Source of the DNA: an uncultured Candidatus Kuenenia sp.
GTDB lineage: Bacteria; Planctomycetota; Planctomycetia; Pirellulales; UBA1268
Assembly (NCBI GenBank): GCA_964453165.1
Contig: CAYVNX010000006.1
Location: 1-60,246, forward strand
Direction: 5' to 3'
DNA length: 60,246 nt
Shown: in pieces, positions 28,335 to 38,453 of the stretch
How the letters are laid out: the number at the start of each line of letters is the position of its first letter
Numbering within the stretch: position 1 is the stretch's first letter
Translations under genes and position numbers: made by a program
The notes under the pieces: generated by a model
The model's database searches: none
Told to the model about the DNA's origin: nothing
What the model saw: the letters and a program-made list of their open reading frames with translations, nothing else

Positions 28335-28468
28335 ACCTGGTCAGTTCGGTTCTGAGCCCTTGACCATCGTCGCGAACCGCCGATAGTGTCCGTGCGAGGA
28401 CGAGGGGTGACGCTTGCACCGCCCGGCCGACGGGGCCCGCGGCGCGATACCCACGGGAGGATGCGGAG

Positions 28469-29479
28469 ATGAGCGAGCCGGCAACCTGCCGACGGCCAAG
28501 CCGCGTCCTCTGGCACGAACGCACCACCGTTCGCGAACGCCGCGGGTTCACCTTGGTCGAGTTGCTCGTGGTGATCGCGATCATCGCCACGCTGATCGGC
28601 ATCCTGTTGCCGGCGGTGCAGAGCGCTCGGGAGGCCGCCCGGCGGAGCCAGTGCTCCAACCACCTGCGTCAGGTCGGGTTCGCCACGCTGAATCTCACCT
28701 CGGCGACCGGCCGGCTCCCGCCGCAATTCGGCTGGACCCGCGCCGGGAAGGGAGCGTTTGGCAACGTGCTCTTCCATCTGCTGCCCTTCCTCGAAGAGGA
28801 GTCGCTCTACGAGCAGACGCTCGTGGCGGGCGATCAGGGGGTGGGCTTTCAGGGCTGTAGCTTCACCCGCACCCAAGGCACCTACGATGTGCGGTTTGCG
28901 GGCATCGAGCGGCTGCCGGTCACGACCTTCCGCTGTCCGTCCGACTCGACTCTGGAGGGCGTCCTCGATGCCTGGGGCTGGGCCGGGGCCAGCTACGCCG
29001 GCAACTTCCAGGTCTTCGGTCGCGATGCCTCGATTCCCTTTCAATACGCCACCTGCTGCAACGACGAGGTCCGCGGCCGCTGGGAGGGGCGGAAGAAGTT
29101 GGCGCAGGTCACCGACGGCCTGTCGAAGACGGTGCTGTTCGCCGAGAAGTATGCCCAGTGCGGTCCGCCATCCGGTGGCAACCTCTGGGCCCGCTGGGAT
29201 CAGATCGATGGCTGGCAGCCTTCGATCGGTGGTTTTTTTGGTCCGATCGACGCCAAGGGTCGGCCCTCGACGCTGCCGATGTTTCAGGTCGCGCCCGCCC
29301 TGCCGCTCGACCCGAGAAAGTCGCAGTGCAACGCGTTCGTAGCGCAGACGCCTCACACGGCCATGAATATCTGCCTCGGTGACGGCAGCGTGCGCACGGT
29401 GGATGGCGGCGTGGCCCCTCTGATCTGGTCGGCGGCACTCACCGTGGCGGGCGGAGAAGACCTGGGGCCTTTACCGTGA
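28469..29479 (+). CDS. DUF1559 prepilin-type protein
   Basis: [27 protein letters not shown]8-DG variant. Confidence 0.95.
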   Translation: MSEPATCRRPSRVLWHERTTVRERRGFTLVELLVVIAIIATLIGILLPAVQSAREAARRSQCSNHLRQVGFATLNLTSATGRLPPQFGWTRAGKGAFGNVLFHLLPFLEEESLYEQTLVAGDQGVGFQGCSFTRTQGTYDVRFAGIERLPVTTFRCPSDSTLEGVLDAWGWAGASYAGNFQVFGRDASIPFQYATCCNDEVRGRWEGRKKLAQVTDGLSKTVLFAEKYAQCGPPSGGNLWARWDQIDGWQPSIGGFFGPIDAKGRPSTLPMFQVAPALPLDPRKSQCNAFVAQTPHTAMNICLGDGSVRTVDGGVAPLIWSAALTVAGGEDLGPLP

Positions 29480-29910
29480 GTCGACCCGCGTTGCTGCTGA
29501 TGTCCAGCCTGCTTCTCACCGGCGTCATTCTGGCCGGCTGTGGCTCCCGCGGCGGCACGCTTGCCGGTCGTGTGCTGGTGGATGGTGAGCCGCTGGCTAA
29601 CGGAATGCTGATGGTGCAGGCTGCGAACGGTTCTCAGCTGTCGTCGCCGGTGATCGCGGGCAGCTACGAGCTGCGGGAGATTCCGCTCGGGCCGGCGCGG
29701 CTGGCGGTGCGGTCCCTTCCGCCTCCGCCGATGATCGGTCCGCCGCCGACGGCGACAGTGACCGGGGGGGGCCCGATCACTGGGGATTCCTTCACGCCGC
29801 TGCCCGATGACTATGCCGATGCCGAGCGGTCGGGTCTACGGGTCGACGTCGCGGGAGGAGCGCAGCGAGCCGATCTGGAACTCTCCGCGCGGGGCCCCAC
29901 CAGGCCGTGA
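29476..29910 (+). CDS. DUF1559-associated lipoprotein (carboxypeptidase-regulatory-like)
   Basis: LAGC lipobox, [15 protein letters not shown]...SGL; GTGA overlap with DUF1559 gene. Confidence 0.8.
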   Translation: MSRPALLLMSSLLLTGVILAGCGSRGGTLAGRVLVDGEPLANGMLMVQAANGSQLSSPVIAGSYELREIPLGPARLAVRSLPPPPMIGPPPTATVTGGGPITGDSFTPLPDDYADAERSGLRVDVAGGAQRADLELSARGPTRP

Positions 29911-29970
29911 GCGGTGGCCGGAGTCCCAGGATTGCTCCCGCGGACCGGCGGGCGAACTCGCCCCGACGCG

Positions 29971-30429
29971 TCATCCGCCGCAATCGCTGCGAAGGTCGAA
30001 ATCAGTCGAGGTTGAATTTCCTGTCACCTCGACGGTGAGCCCGCTTTTTTTGTTGTAGCACTCGGGCACGCGCTCCGTGCCGGATCCCTTGGCATCGGGG
30101 TCATCCTCGCCGAGCGAGCCAAGCGTGCGAATCCGCACGGTCTTCTGCCCCTTGGTGACGCCAGCCATCACCGAGTCGAACATGAGTCTGTAGCGGCCCG
30201 TGGCATCCGTCCGGGCGTAGGAAAAGGTTTCGTCCGGGGCCTGGAAGACGACGATCGCCGCTGGCAGCGGCTCGCCGTCAAGCCGGACGGTGCCAGATAC
30301 ATCCACGAGACCGGCCTTGGAATAGTCCATCCGCGGCTGGCCATAGCCGCAGCCGAGCTGGGCGGCGATCACCGCCATGACCGCGAGGACTGTTCCGCTC
30401 AGGCCGCACCGTGGCAGCGTTCGTTCCAT
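29971..30429 (-). CDS. DUF1559-associated lipoprotein (carboxypeptidase-regulatory-like)
   Basis: QLGC lipobox, VSGTVRLDGEPL, TDATGRY, VPECYN..SGLTVEV. Confidence 0.85.
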   Translation of the reverse strand: MERTLPRCGLSGTVLAVMAVIAAQLGCGYGQPRMDYSKAGLVDVSGTVRLDGEPLPAAIVVFQAPDETFSYARTDATGRYRLMFDSVMAGVTKGQKTVRIRTLGSLGEDDPDAKGSGTERVPECYNKKSGLTVEVTGNSTSTDFDLRSDCGG

Positions 30430-30451
30430 GCGAGGGGCTCCGTTCGCGAGG

Positions 30452-31522
30452 TCAGTAATCGGCCGTTTCGCCCATGGCACGGGTCGCCAGGCCTCGGTAG
30501 GTTGCCAAGTCGATCGACTCGGCGATCCAGCCGACCGAGCCGTCGGCCCGGGCGAAGTGAGCGCCGCCTGGATGATAGCTGCCAAAGCTTATTTCCATGA
30601 GCGTGCCGTGCATCAAAGGATTCAGCCGGCTGTTGATTGGCACCACCGCCGAGCCCACGCCCTCGGAGTATTCCGATCCGCGGATGTAGCCGGGCGCCCA
30701 ACTCTTGGCGGCGCCCAACTGGGGGCCGAAGATCGCCCAATAATCCATGCCCTGGCTGTCCTTGTTGTAATCCGTGTCGGTGTAGGTTTCGCCGACGATG
30801 AGCGTCTTCGATGTGCCGTCGGTGATCTGCCGCATCTTGATGCGGCTGCCGCCGAACAGGATGCCGTCGGACGACCGGACCCACCGCTTCGCATCGTCGG
30901 GGTCGCCCGAGCGATCGTCCGTCGTACCCTCGAGCGGCCAGTAGGTCGGCATTTTGTAGCCGGCGATCATCGTGCTCGTGTCGTCCGACGAGATCATCGC
31001 CCCGGCCACGCCCCGATAGCTGGCCGGGACGCGGCCCGTGATCCCCTGGCTGTCCTTGCCGAGGGGGATGTCGGCGCTCGGGCAGCGGTAGGCCGAGATC
31101 ACCGTCTGGCAGGCCCGGCGGTTGGGGTGATTGAAGTTCGACCAATCGTTGGTGCCCGGATCGATCCATTCGAGCGTGTCGTAGAGGGCCTGCTCCTCGA
31201 GTCCCGGCAGGATGTGCGCGGTCCAAAACTCCCGGTAGATGCCGAACCCCGGCGGGAACCGCCCCTTGCCAGAGTGGAAGTTCTGCAGGGCCAGCCCCTG
31301 CTGACGGAGATTGTTTTGGCACTGCACCCGCCGGGCGCTCTCGCGGGCGCTCTGCACCGCCGGCAGCAGGAGGCCGATCAGCGTGGCGATGATCGCGATC
31401 ACGACGAGGAGTTCGACGAGAGTAAACCCCAGTCGGCCGAGCCGCCCGCAGGCGGGGGATGGCCGGGCTCGGCGAGCCCCTCCGGTGCTGGCGTTCCACG
31501 ACCCATTGTCGGACGTATTCAT
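30452..31522 (-). CDS. DUF1559 prepilin-type protein
   Basis: [41 protein letters not shown] (H-X9-DG). Confidence 0.95.
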   Translation of the reverse strand: MNTSDNGSWNASTGGARRARPSPACGRLGRLGFTLVELLVVIAIIATLIGLLLPAVQSARESARRVQCQNNLRQQGLALQNFHSGKGRFPPGFGIYREFWTAHILPGLEEQALYDTLEWIDPGTNDWSNFNHPNRRACQTVISAYRCPSADIPLGKDSQGITGRVPASYRGVAGAMISSDDTSTMIAGYKMPTYWPLEGTTDDRSGDPDDAKRWVRSSDGILFGGSRIKMRQITDGTSKTLIVGETYTDTDYNKDSQGMDYWAIFGPQLGAAKSWAPGYIRGSEYSEGVGSAVVPINSRLNPLMHGTLMEISFGSYHPGGAHFARADGSVGWIAESIDLATYRGLATRAMGETADY

Positions 31523-32271
31523 GACACAGTCTCCCTCCTCGAAGGTAGCAAATGCGATCGGCGGCAGCGATTGCTCCTCCGGGCGGGTGGATTGCGACTG
31601 AGCGTAAAAGTTGTTGCAACCTGAGCAGGGCGGCGGGGGCAGCGTAAGGCCGGGGAGTCGCGGCTGGGTCTGGTTGGCGGGAGGCGAATCTGCCAGATAG
31701 ATGTGGTGGAGCGATTTGCCCCAGTGTGAGCCCGCCGCTCCGTCCGGTCGCTGCCCGTAGGCTTTCCGAGCCAAGTGAGGCAAATGCGCTTTGAAAAAAT
31801 GGTCGCCGCGCTTCCGTCGTGGGAGAAGTATGCGGCGGTGGTCGTGGCGTGATGGGGTTGGCACGCCGTTTGCACTCCTTTCCCTCAGTGCTCCCGTTCA
31901 CTTGAAACGCTCAGTGCCGGCGCGGCCGCGGTGCGTCATCGGGCGATGAGCTTGATCAAGAAGTTCGGGACTGCAGGCCGGTTCTGCAGTTCCGACATCA
32001 TGGCCCGAATCTCGCGGTCCCGCATCCCGGAGAGGAGTCTGCATGCCCGTTGAATCCAAAGCCCGAGCCACGTGTGCCTGCGGCACGAACCGGCCGGAGT
32101 CGATCCGGTCCGGCACTGCTCATGCTCATGTGCCGGAGCCATCTCCCGGAATCATGATCGGCGTGGGGCTCGCGGCCTGGGGGATGCTCAGCCGCCGGCG
32201 GTGATCGGCCAGGATACGCGGCGGGCGGAACGAGCTGGCAGATCTGGCGGTGTGGCAGACGGGATTCGCCG

Positions 32272-32302
32272 CCACGCGGAGTCCCCCGACTCGCGTCGGG
32301 GG
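32272..32302 (-). repeat. REP-like repeat, 31-bp exact reverse-complement copy of 14743-14773
   Basis: ccacgcggagtcccccgactcgcgtcggggg. Confidence 0.8.
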
Positions 32303-32473
32303 GTCGGGCGGGCATGCGGTGCACGCTCCGGACGCACAGCGGGTCGGCTAGCGTTCGTGTGGTGGTTTCGCGCAAGATAGAGGTTTGGCCTCGACGGTGA
32401 AGCGGAATCACGGTCGGCCGAGTTGTGCCGGGCGGCCCGCGCTGCCGCCGTGGCCGTCAGGGAGGAGAACGCG

Positions 32474-33277
32474 ATGCCGGCGCCGCGGTTCCGTGACCTC
32501 GCCTCGGTGCATGTCGGCCGTGATGCCGCCTCGGTCCGGCTTCCCGGCTGGGTCGATCTCATGGGCGATCCCGTCCGCGGCGGCGATGGACTGCTCGTGA
32601 GCCTGGCAATCGACCCAGGGGAACCGGTCACCTGGCAGGACGCTCGCGGGCTGGCGGTGACCACGGCTGCCGCCGTGCAGGCGGTGCTCGTCGATGGTCG
32701 CAGCGACGTGATCCGCCGACTTTCGCTCGGTTCCGGCGAGGTGGCCGTGCTCGTGGTCGATGGCGGCCTGCGGCCGGCCCACGTGGATCGCGACCGCGCG
32801 GCCCGAACCGCCGAATGCCTCGAGGCCGCCCGCGCGCTCGGCAAGCAGTCGCTCCGCGACGTCGACGACACACTCTGGCGGCGGTGGCACGACGAACTGC
32901 CGACGGTACTCCACAAGCGGGCGGTGTACGTCCGGGGCGAACAGGCGCGAACCCTCGAGCTGGTCGCCGCCGTGGAACGGGGCGACTGGGTCCAGGCCGG
33001 ACGGCTGATGACCGCGAGCCAGCGGTCGCTTATTGACGACTTCGAGGTCGTCTGTCCCGCCCTCGACTCGCTCTGGGCCGTCACGGTCGCCCAGCCGGAG
33101 GTATTCGGGGGGCGGCGGGCCGGCGGCGGATTTGCGGGGCAGGTTGTGGCGTTGGTCGCGGCCGATCGGGCCGAGGCGATCGCGACCGCTGCGGCAGCCG
33201 AGTATCGCCGGGAAACGAACCAGCAGCCCGGCTGGTGCGTGGCGACCTTGGCCTTCGATCAGTCCGACGACGCGTGA
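32474..33277 (+). CDS. Degenerate, shortened galactokinase-like (GHMP) protein
   Basis: C-terminus GRLMTASQRSLIDDFEVVCPALD...GGRRAGGGFAG matches GalK; N-terminal LPGWVDLMGD...LAID is an eroded PGRVNLIGEHTD; no PxGxGLSSSAA motif. Confidence 0.7.
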   Translation: MPAPRFRDLASVHVGRDAASVRLPGWVDLMGDPVRGGDGLLVSLAIDPGEPVTWQDARGLAVTTAAAVQAVLVDGRSDVIRRLSLGSGEVAVLVVDGGLRPAHVDRDRAARTAECLEAARALGKQSLRDVDDTLWRRWHDELPTVLHKRAVYVRGEQARTLELVAAVERGDWVQAGRLMTASQRSLIDDFEVVCPALDSLWAVTVAQPEVFGGRRAGGGFAGQVVALVAADRAEAIATAAAAEYRRETNQQPGWCVATLAFDQSDDA

Positions 33278-33368
33278 CGGCCGTTCGGCGTTCGAAAGTG
33301 CCGGCGGCTATGCTGCCCGGGCTGACGGGGCTTTTCTTCTGGCAGCGTGGCCCAAGGCGGGAGAATCG

Positions 33369-35969
33369 ATGGCGACACTGTTTTTTCGGGGCGTGGTGCT
33401 GGTCATGCTGGCCTGGTTCGGCGGGGTCGCGCAGTCGAGCGAGCCCGACACCGCCTGGCCGCCGATCTCCAGCGAGTCCAAGCCGTGGACCCGGTGGTGG
33501 TGGCTCGGCAGCGCCGTCGATGAGGCAAACCTCAGGCGGGAACTCCGGGCGATCGCCGCGGCTGGCTTCGGCGGCGTGGAGATTACGCCGATCTACGGGG
33601 CCAAGGGCGCCGAGGAGCGGTTTCTTGAGTTCCTGTCGCCGGAGTTCGTGGCGGCGCTGGAGTTCACCTGCGGCGAGGCCGGCCGCCTCGGGCTCGGCGT
33701 CGACATGGCGACGGGCACGGGCTGGCCGTTCGGCGGGCCGCAGGTCGGGCCGGATGACACGGAACTGAAGATCGCGGGGAAGGACGGCTCCTTCGACCCG
33801 CAGCCGACCCGGTTCAAGGTGAAGCGGGCGGCGCCCGGCGGCGCGGGCCCCGTGGTCAACCCGTTTTCGCCGGCGGCCGCGAGCCGCTACCTGAAACCCT
33901 TCACGCAGGCCCTCGGCGAGCTACCCCGCGGAGCGATTCACGGGCAGTTTCACGACTCGTTCGAGTATCAGGCCAACTGGTCGGCGGAGGTGCCGGAGCG
34001 GTTTCGGGCGATGCATGGCTACGACCTCGATTCCCAGCGAGAGGCGCTCGAGGGCCGAGGCGATCCCGACACGGTCGCGCGGGTCAAGGCCGACTATCGA
34101 GCGACGCTGGCCGAGCTCCACCTCGACTACCTCAAGGTGTGGATCGACTGGTGTCATGAACAGGGCTACGAAGCCCGCGAGCAGGCCCACGGGGCGCCTG
34201 CCAACCTGATCGATCTCTACGCGGCGGCCGACGTGCCGGAGACGGAGGTCTTTGGTGCGAGCCAGTTTGCCATTCCCGGCTTCCGCCGCGACGAGAGCAG
34301 CGTGAGCAAGAATCTGCCGCAGCCGCTGGTCACACGCCTAGCCTCGTCGGCCGCCCATCTGGCTCGTCGCCCGCGGGCCTCTTCGGAGACCTTCACGTGG
34401 CTGCGGGAGCATTTCTGCGAGTCGCCCGCCCAGATGAAGCCGGAGATCGACCAGCTCTTTCTGGCCGGGATCAATCAGATCTTCTATCACGGCACGGCCT
34501 ACTCGCCGGACGACGCTCCCTGGCCAGGCTGGCTCTTCTATGCGTCGACCCAGGCCAACCCGCGGAACCCGCTCTGGCAGGATCTCGCAGCGGTGAATGG
34601 CTACATCGCCCGCTGCCAGTCGCTCCTACAATCGGGGGAGCCCGACAACGATCTGCTTCTTTATTGGCCGATCCACGATCTCTATCACACACCAAACGGC
34701 TGGCAGCGGGCCTTCTCGATGCACGGCCAGGATTGGCTCACCAAGGCGGCCAGCGGAAGACTCGCCCAAGACCTGCTCGATCGTGGGCTATCGTTCGACT
34801 TCTGTTCCGATGCGTGGCTCACGGAGGCCGCGCGGTATCGAGCCGTGGTCGTTCCACCCTGCCATCTGATGCCACCCGAGACGCTCGAGCGATTGCTCGA
34901 TCGCGCCGCCGCCGGTGGCCGCGTGATCTTCGTCGGTGGCCTGCCCGAGGATGTGCCGGGGCTGGGGCGGCTGGAGGAGCGCCGGGCGGCCTTCGCGAAG
35001 CAGCTCGCCAGGCTTTCCTGGTCCGAAGGGCCGCAGGGGCAGCCGGTGGCTACGGTCGGAACAGGTCGAGTAATCGTGGTGGCCGATGCTGCTGGCGTGG
35101 TGGAGGAGGCCAACTGCCGGCCCGAGCCGTTGGCTGCCGCGGGGATCGGCCTCGTGCGGCGAAAAACCGCCGCGGGGCATCTCTACTTCCTCGCCAATCT
35201 CGGCGAGCGAGCCTGGTCGGGCTGGGCGAGACTGGCCACGTCGCTCGAGTCGGCCGTGATCCTCGATCCGCTGACGGGCAGGGCAGGGGTGGAGGCCGTT
35301 CGGATCCTCGCCTCCGGGCCCGAGGTCTGGCTGCAGCTCGAGCCAGGCGAGTCGCTGTTCGTGCGGACGTTTGCCGACCGCCAGGCCAAAGGCGAGCTGT
35401 GGCCGTGGATGCAGCCAGACGGTGAGCCACTGCCGATCCGAGGCCAGTGGAGCGTCACGGCGATTGCGGGCGGACCGGAACTGCCGCCGCCCTTCACCAC
35501 CGACACGCTCGGTTCCTGGACCGAAGAAGGGGGCGAGTGGGAGCGGTTCGCCGGGACGGCCCGCTACGAGCTCGAGTTTGACCTGCCCGCTGAGGTGCCG
35601 GCCGCCGACTGGCTGCTCGACCTGGGAGACGTCCGCGAGGTGGCCCGGGTGGCCCTCAACGGCAGGCCGGTCGAGACCGTCTGGAGCCTGCCGCTCCGGG
35701 CACGGCTCCAGGGCGAGGCCCGGCCCGGCCGCAACCGGCTCACGATCGACGTCACGAATCTGGCGGCCAATCGAATCCGCGATCTCGACGCCCGGGGCGT
35801 TGCCTGGAAGAACTTCCACGAGATCAACTTCGTGAACGTGCACTACAAGCCGTTCGCTGCCGCCGACTGGCCGCTCGCGCCGTCGGGGCTGCTCGGGCCG
35901 GTGCAATTGGTGCCGCTGATGGAGCAAGAGTCGTCGTCGGAGCAGAATTCAGAGTCATCCGGAAAGTGA
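33369..35969 (+). CDS. Glycoside hydrolase family 106 (alpha-L-rhamnosidase-like)
   Basis: KPWTRWWWLG, GFGGVEI, GTGWPFGGP, DSFE, QAHG, SETFT, GINQIFYHG, SGLLGPV. Confidence 0.85.
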   Translation: MATLFFRGVVLVMLAWFGGVAQSSEPDTAWPPISSESKPWTRWWWLGSAVDEANLRRELRAIAAAGFGGVEITPIYGAKGAEERFLEFLSPEFVAALEFTCGEAGRLGLGVDMATGTGWPFGGPQVGPDDTELKIAGKDGSFDPQPTRFKVKRAAPGGAGPVVNPFSPAAASRYLKPFTQALGELPRGAIHGQFHDSFEYQANWSAEVPERFRAMHGYDLDSQREALEGRGDPDTVARVKADYRATLAELHLDYLKVWIDWCHEQGYEAREQAHGAPANLIDLYAAADVPETEVFGASQFAIPGFRRDESSVSKNLPQPLVTRLASSAAHLARRPRASSETFTWLREHFCESPAQMKPEIDQLFLAGINQIFYHGTAYSPDDAPWPGWLFYASTQANPRNPLWQDLAAVNGYIARCQSLLQSGEPDNDLLLYWPIHDLYHTPNGWQRAFSMHGQDWLTKAASGRLAQDLLDRGLSFDFCSDAWLTEAARYRAVVVPPCHLMPPETLERLLDRAAAGGRVIFVGGLPEDVPGLGRLEERRAAFAKQLARLSWSEGPQGQPVATVGTGRVIVVADAAGVVEEANCRPEPLAAAGIGLVRRKTAAGHLYFLANLGERAWSGWARLATSLESAVILDPLTGRAGVEAVRILASGPEVWLQLEPGESLFVRTFADRQAKGELWPWMQPDGEPLPIRGQWSVTAIAGGPELPPPFTTDTLGSWTEEGGEWERFAGTARYELEFDLPAEVPAADWLLDLGDVREVARVALNGRPVETVWSLPLRARLQGEARPGRNRLTIDVTNLAANRIRDLDARGVAWKNFHEINFVNVHYKPFAAADWPLAPSGLLGPVQLVPLMEQESSSEQNSESSGK

Positions 35970-36835
35970 GGGAAGGCATGGTGCGTGGTCTCGTGGCCTG
36001 TGTCCTGGCGATCGCCGGGAGCGTGGCGGTGGCGGCCGAGGACGATCGGCCGGTCGAAGATGCAAACCGCTTCCGGATGGCCACGCCGGCCGACCCGGAT
36101 CTCCCCACGCTGTTTCTCGTCGGTGATTCGACGGTCAAGTGCGGCACGAAGGGGCAGCGGGGCTGGGGGGAGGAGATCGGCAAGTATCTGGATCCCGCCA
36201 GGATCAACCTCGTCAACCATGCGATCGGCGGCCGCAGCAGCCGCACCTTCATCACCGAGGGCCGCTGGGAGACGACGCTCTCGATGATGAAGCCGGGCGA
36301 TTTCGTGATCATCCAGTTCGGCCACAACGACGGCGGCCCGCTCAACGACGACTCGCGGGCCCGGGGCTCGATTCGCGGCACCGGCGACGAGGTTGAGGAA
36401 ATCGACAACCTGCTGACCAAGAAGCGGGAGATCGTGCGATCCTACGGCGCCTACCTGCGGCAGTATGTCAACGACACCCGTGCCCAGGGAGCCACGCCCT
36501 ACCTCTGCACCCAGGTGCCGCGGAAGATGTGGGACCCCGAGGGCGGGCTGATCATCCGCCCCGATGACGGCCACCCGGTCTGGGCCCGCAGGGTTGCCGG
36601 CGAGGAAGACGCGACCCTGCTCGACCTCTACGAGGCGGTGGCAGCGGCCTACGACCAACTCGGCCCCGACGGCGTGGAGCCCTTCTTCGCCGACGCCCGC
36701 ACCCACACCACGACCGAGGGCGCCGACTTCACCGCCCGGATCGTGGTGGGCCTGCTCGAGGGTCTGCCCGAGTCACCCTGGCCCGACGTGATCAGCGAAG
36801 CCGCCGAGGAAATCTCCGCGATTCCGCAGCGTTGA
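35966..36835 (+). CDS. Rhamnogalacturonan acetylesterase-like SGNH esterase (CE12)
   Basis: GDSTV, GWG, AIGGRSSRTF, QFGHND, DARTH. Confidence 0.9.
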   Translation: MREGMVRGLVACVLAIAGSVAVAAEDDRPVEDANRFRMATPADPDLPTLFLVGDSTVKCGTKGQRGWGEEIGKYLDPARINLVNHAIGGRSSRTFITEGRWETTLSMMKPGDFVIIQFGHNDGGPLNDDSRARGSIRGTGDEVEEIDNLLTKKREIVRSYGAYLRQYVNDTRAQGATPYLCTQVPRKMWDPEGGLIIRPDDGHPVWARRVAGEEDATLLDLYEAVAAAYDQLGPDGVEPFFADARTHTTTEGADFTARIVVGLLEGLPESPWPDVISEAAEEISAIPQR

Positions 36836-36843
36836 AGCGGAAG

Positions 36844-37047
36844 TCAGTCGACGTCCATCCAGAAGGGCGCCGCCACGAACCAGGCGACGGCCGAGGCCAG
36901 CATCAGTTTCTGCATCAGGCCGTCGGCCAGCAGGCCGGTCATCGTGAGCGCCGGAGGCACGATCGTACCGGCCAGGGCTGCCAGGCCGATGAACCTGGCG
37001 ACGGCTTTCAGGCCGCTGGTTTCTGTGGAGGCGTGGTCGTGGCTCAT
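36844..37047 (-). CDS. Small two-helix membrane protein (67 aa)
   Basis: MSHDH...FIGLAALAGTIVPPAL...LMLASAVAWFVAAPFWM; ATGA overlap with the permease stop. Confidence 0.75.
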   Translation of the reverse strand: MSHDHASTETSGLKAVARFIGLAALAGTIVPPALTMTGLLADGLMQKLMLASAVAWFVAAPFWMDVD

Positions 37048-38453
37048 GGCGCACCGGCCGGCTGCGGTTTCCCGCCGGCCACCTTGGAGAGGACGATGTA
37101 GAAGAGGCCGCAGGCGATCGCGGCCGGCAGCGGAAGGTAGGAGGCAAACACACCCTTTTCTTGGTACAGCCAGAGCGCTGCGGCGACTGGCACGAGCCAG
37201 GAGACGAGCACGATCCAGTTGAAGGTGCCGCCGCTCGTGGCCGCAGGATCGCGGGGGATGCCGACGGCATCGGCCAGGAAGTGATCGACGATGATGATCG
37301 CGCCGACCGGCGCGAGCACCGTGCCGTAGAGGCCCACGAACGAGAGCAGGTTCATGGCGAAGGCGGGGAAGATGCCGGCGGCGATGCAGACCGCCCCGGC
37401 CAGGAGCGTGGCCGCCTTGCGGGGCATCGCCGGGATCATGCCCTGGAAGGCGAGGCCCGCCCGATACATCGTGGGGTTGGCCGTGGTCCAGCCGGCGATC
37501 ACCACGCAGAGCAGGCCGGCCCAGCCGACGGCGTCGTTGACCATCGTGCCGGGATCCTTGCCCTGGGCCGGATCGACGCCGTGCACCCGCACCCAGTAGA
37601 TCAGCAGGAGCGCCGCGCAGATCCAGGCGACGTAGTGGCCGAGGAACATGCCCGCGGCTGGGGCCCAGCCCGCCGAGGGCTTGCGGGCGAAGCGGAGCAC
37701 GGAGAGGTCGCTCATCCCCAGATGCATCGCCGCGTTGCAGAACCAGGAGAAGCAGACGACACCGAGGAAGCTGATCTTTTTGCCGTCGGCCGGCTCGGTG
37801 GCAGGCGTGAGGAGTTCCCAAAGGTCGTAACTCCCCAGCCGGCCGAGCGTGACCAGGCCGCAGGCCACGAACACGAGGAACATCCAGGGGGCCGCATAGT
37901 GGCCCACCCTGGCGACCACGCCGTAGCCGAGCATCGCCACCAGCGTCATCACCGCCCCGATCGCCACGCAGGAGATGATCCAGGCGGGGCCGGTTGGCAT
38001 CGTGTCGGTGAAGGTCGGCATCGTGACCGTGCCGGGTGGGAAGAACTGCCCCACGGCTGTGGCGGAGACGGTGATCATCGCTCCGGCCAGGAAGCAGAAG
38101 AGCAGGCCGTTGGCCAGGTTGTAGAGCTTCACGAGCCAGGGGCCAGCGATCCGCTCGAGCTTGTAGTAGAGCGTGAGGCGTTCGCTGCAGGCGATCACGG
38201 TGGTGAGATACCGCCAGGTGAGCACGGCCAGCAGGTTGCCGATCAGGAGGCCAAAGATCAGGCTGGCGGCGTCGGCGCCCCAGGCCACGAACAACGGCCC
38301 GATCATGAACTCGGTGCCGGCCGTGTGTTCACCCGCGTACATGCCCCAGAAGGCGGCCGGCCCACGGAGGGCCTTCTCCGGCACCCGGCGCCGCTCGTAT
38401 TCCGAGCCGACCGACTCTTCGAGATCCTCGATCTCGTGGACGAGATCCGTCAT
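37044..38453 (-). CDS. Purine-cytosine permease (NCS1)-like transporter
   Basis: About 12 hydrophobic segments, [23 protein letters not shown]. Confidence 0.75.
   Translation of the reverse strand: MTDLVHEIEDLEESVGSEYERRRVPEKALRGPAAFWGMYAGEHTAGTEFMIGPLFVAWGADAASLIFGLLIGNLLAVLTWRYLTTVIACSERLTLYYKLERIAGPWLVKLYNLANGLLFCFLAGAMITVSATAVGQFFPPGTVTMPTFTDTMPTGPAWIISCVAIGAVMTLVAMLGYGVVARVGHYAAPWMFLVFVACGLVTLGRLGSYDLWELLTPATEPADGKKISFLGVVCFSWFCNAAMHLGMSDLSVLRFARKPSAGWAPAAGMFLGHYVAWICAALLLIYWVRVHGVDPAQGKDPGTMVNDAVGWAGLLCVVIAGWTTANPTMYRAGLAFQGMIPAMPRKAATLLAGAVCIAAGIFPAFAMNLLSFVGLYGTVLAPVGAIIIVDHFLADAVGIPRDPAATSGGTFNWIVLVSWLVPVAAALWLYQEKGVFASYLPLPAAIACGLFYIVLSKVAGGKPQPAGAP

Noticed and set aside
31936-32142. 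68-aa minus-strand ORF in the long intergenic gap
   Set aside because: No recognisable motif or SD; cannot be supported as a gene.
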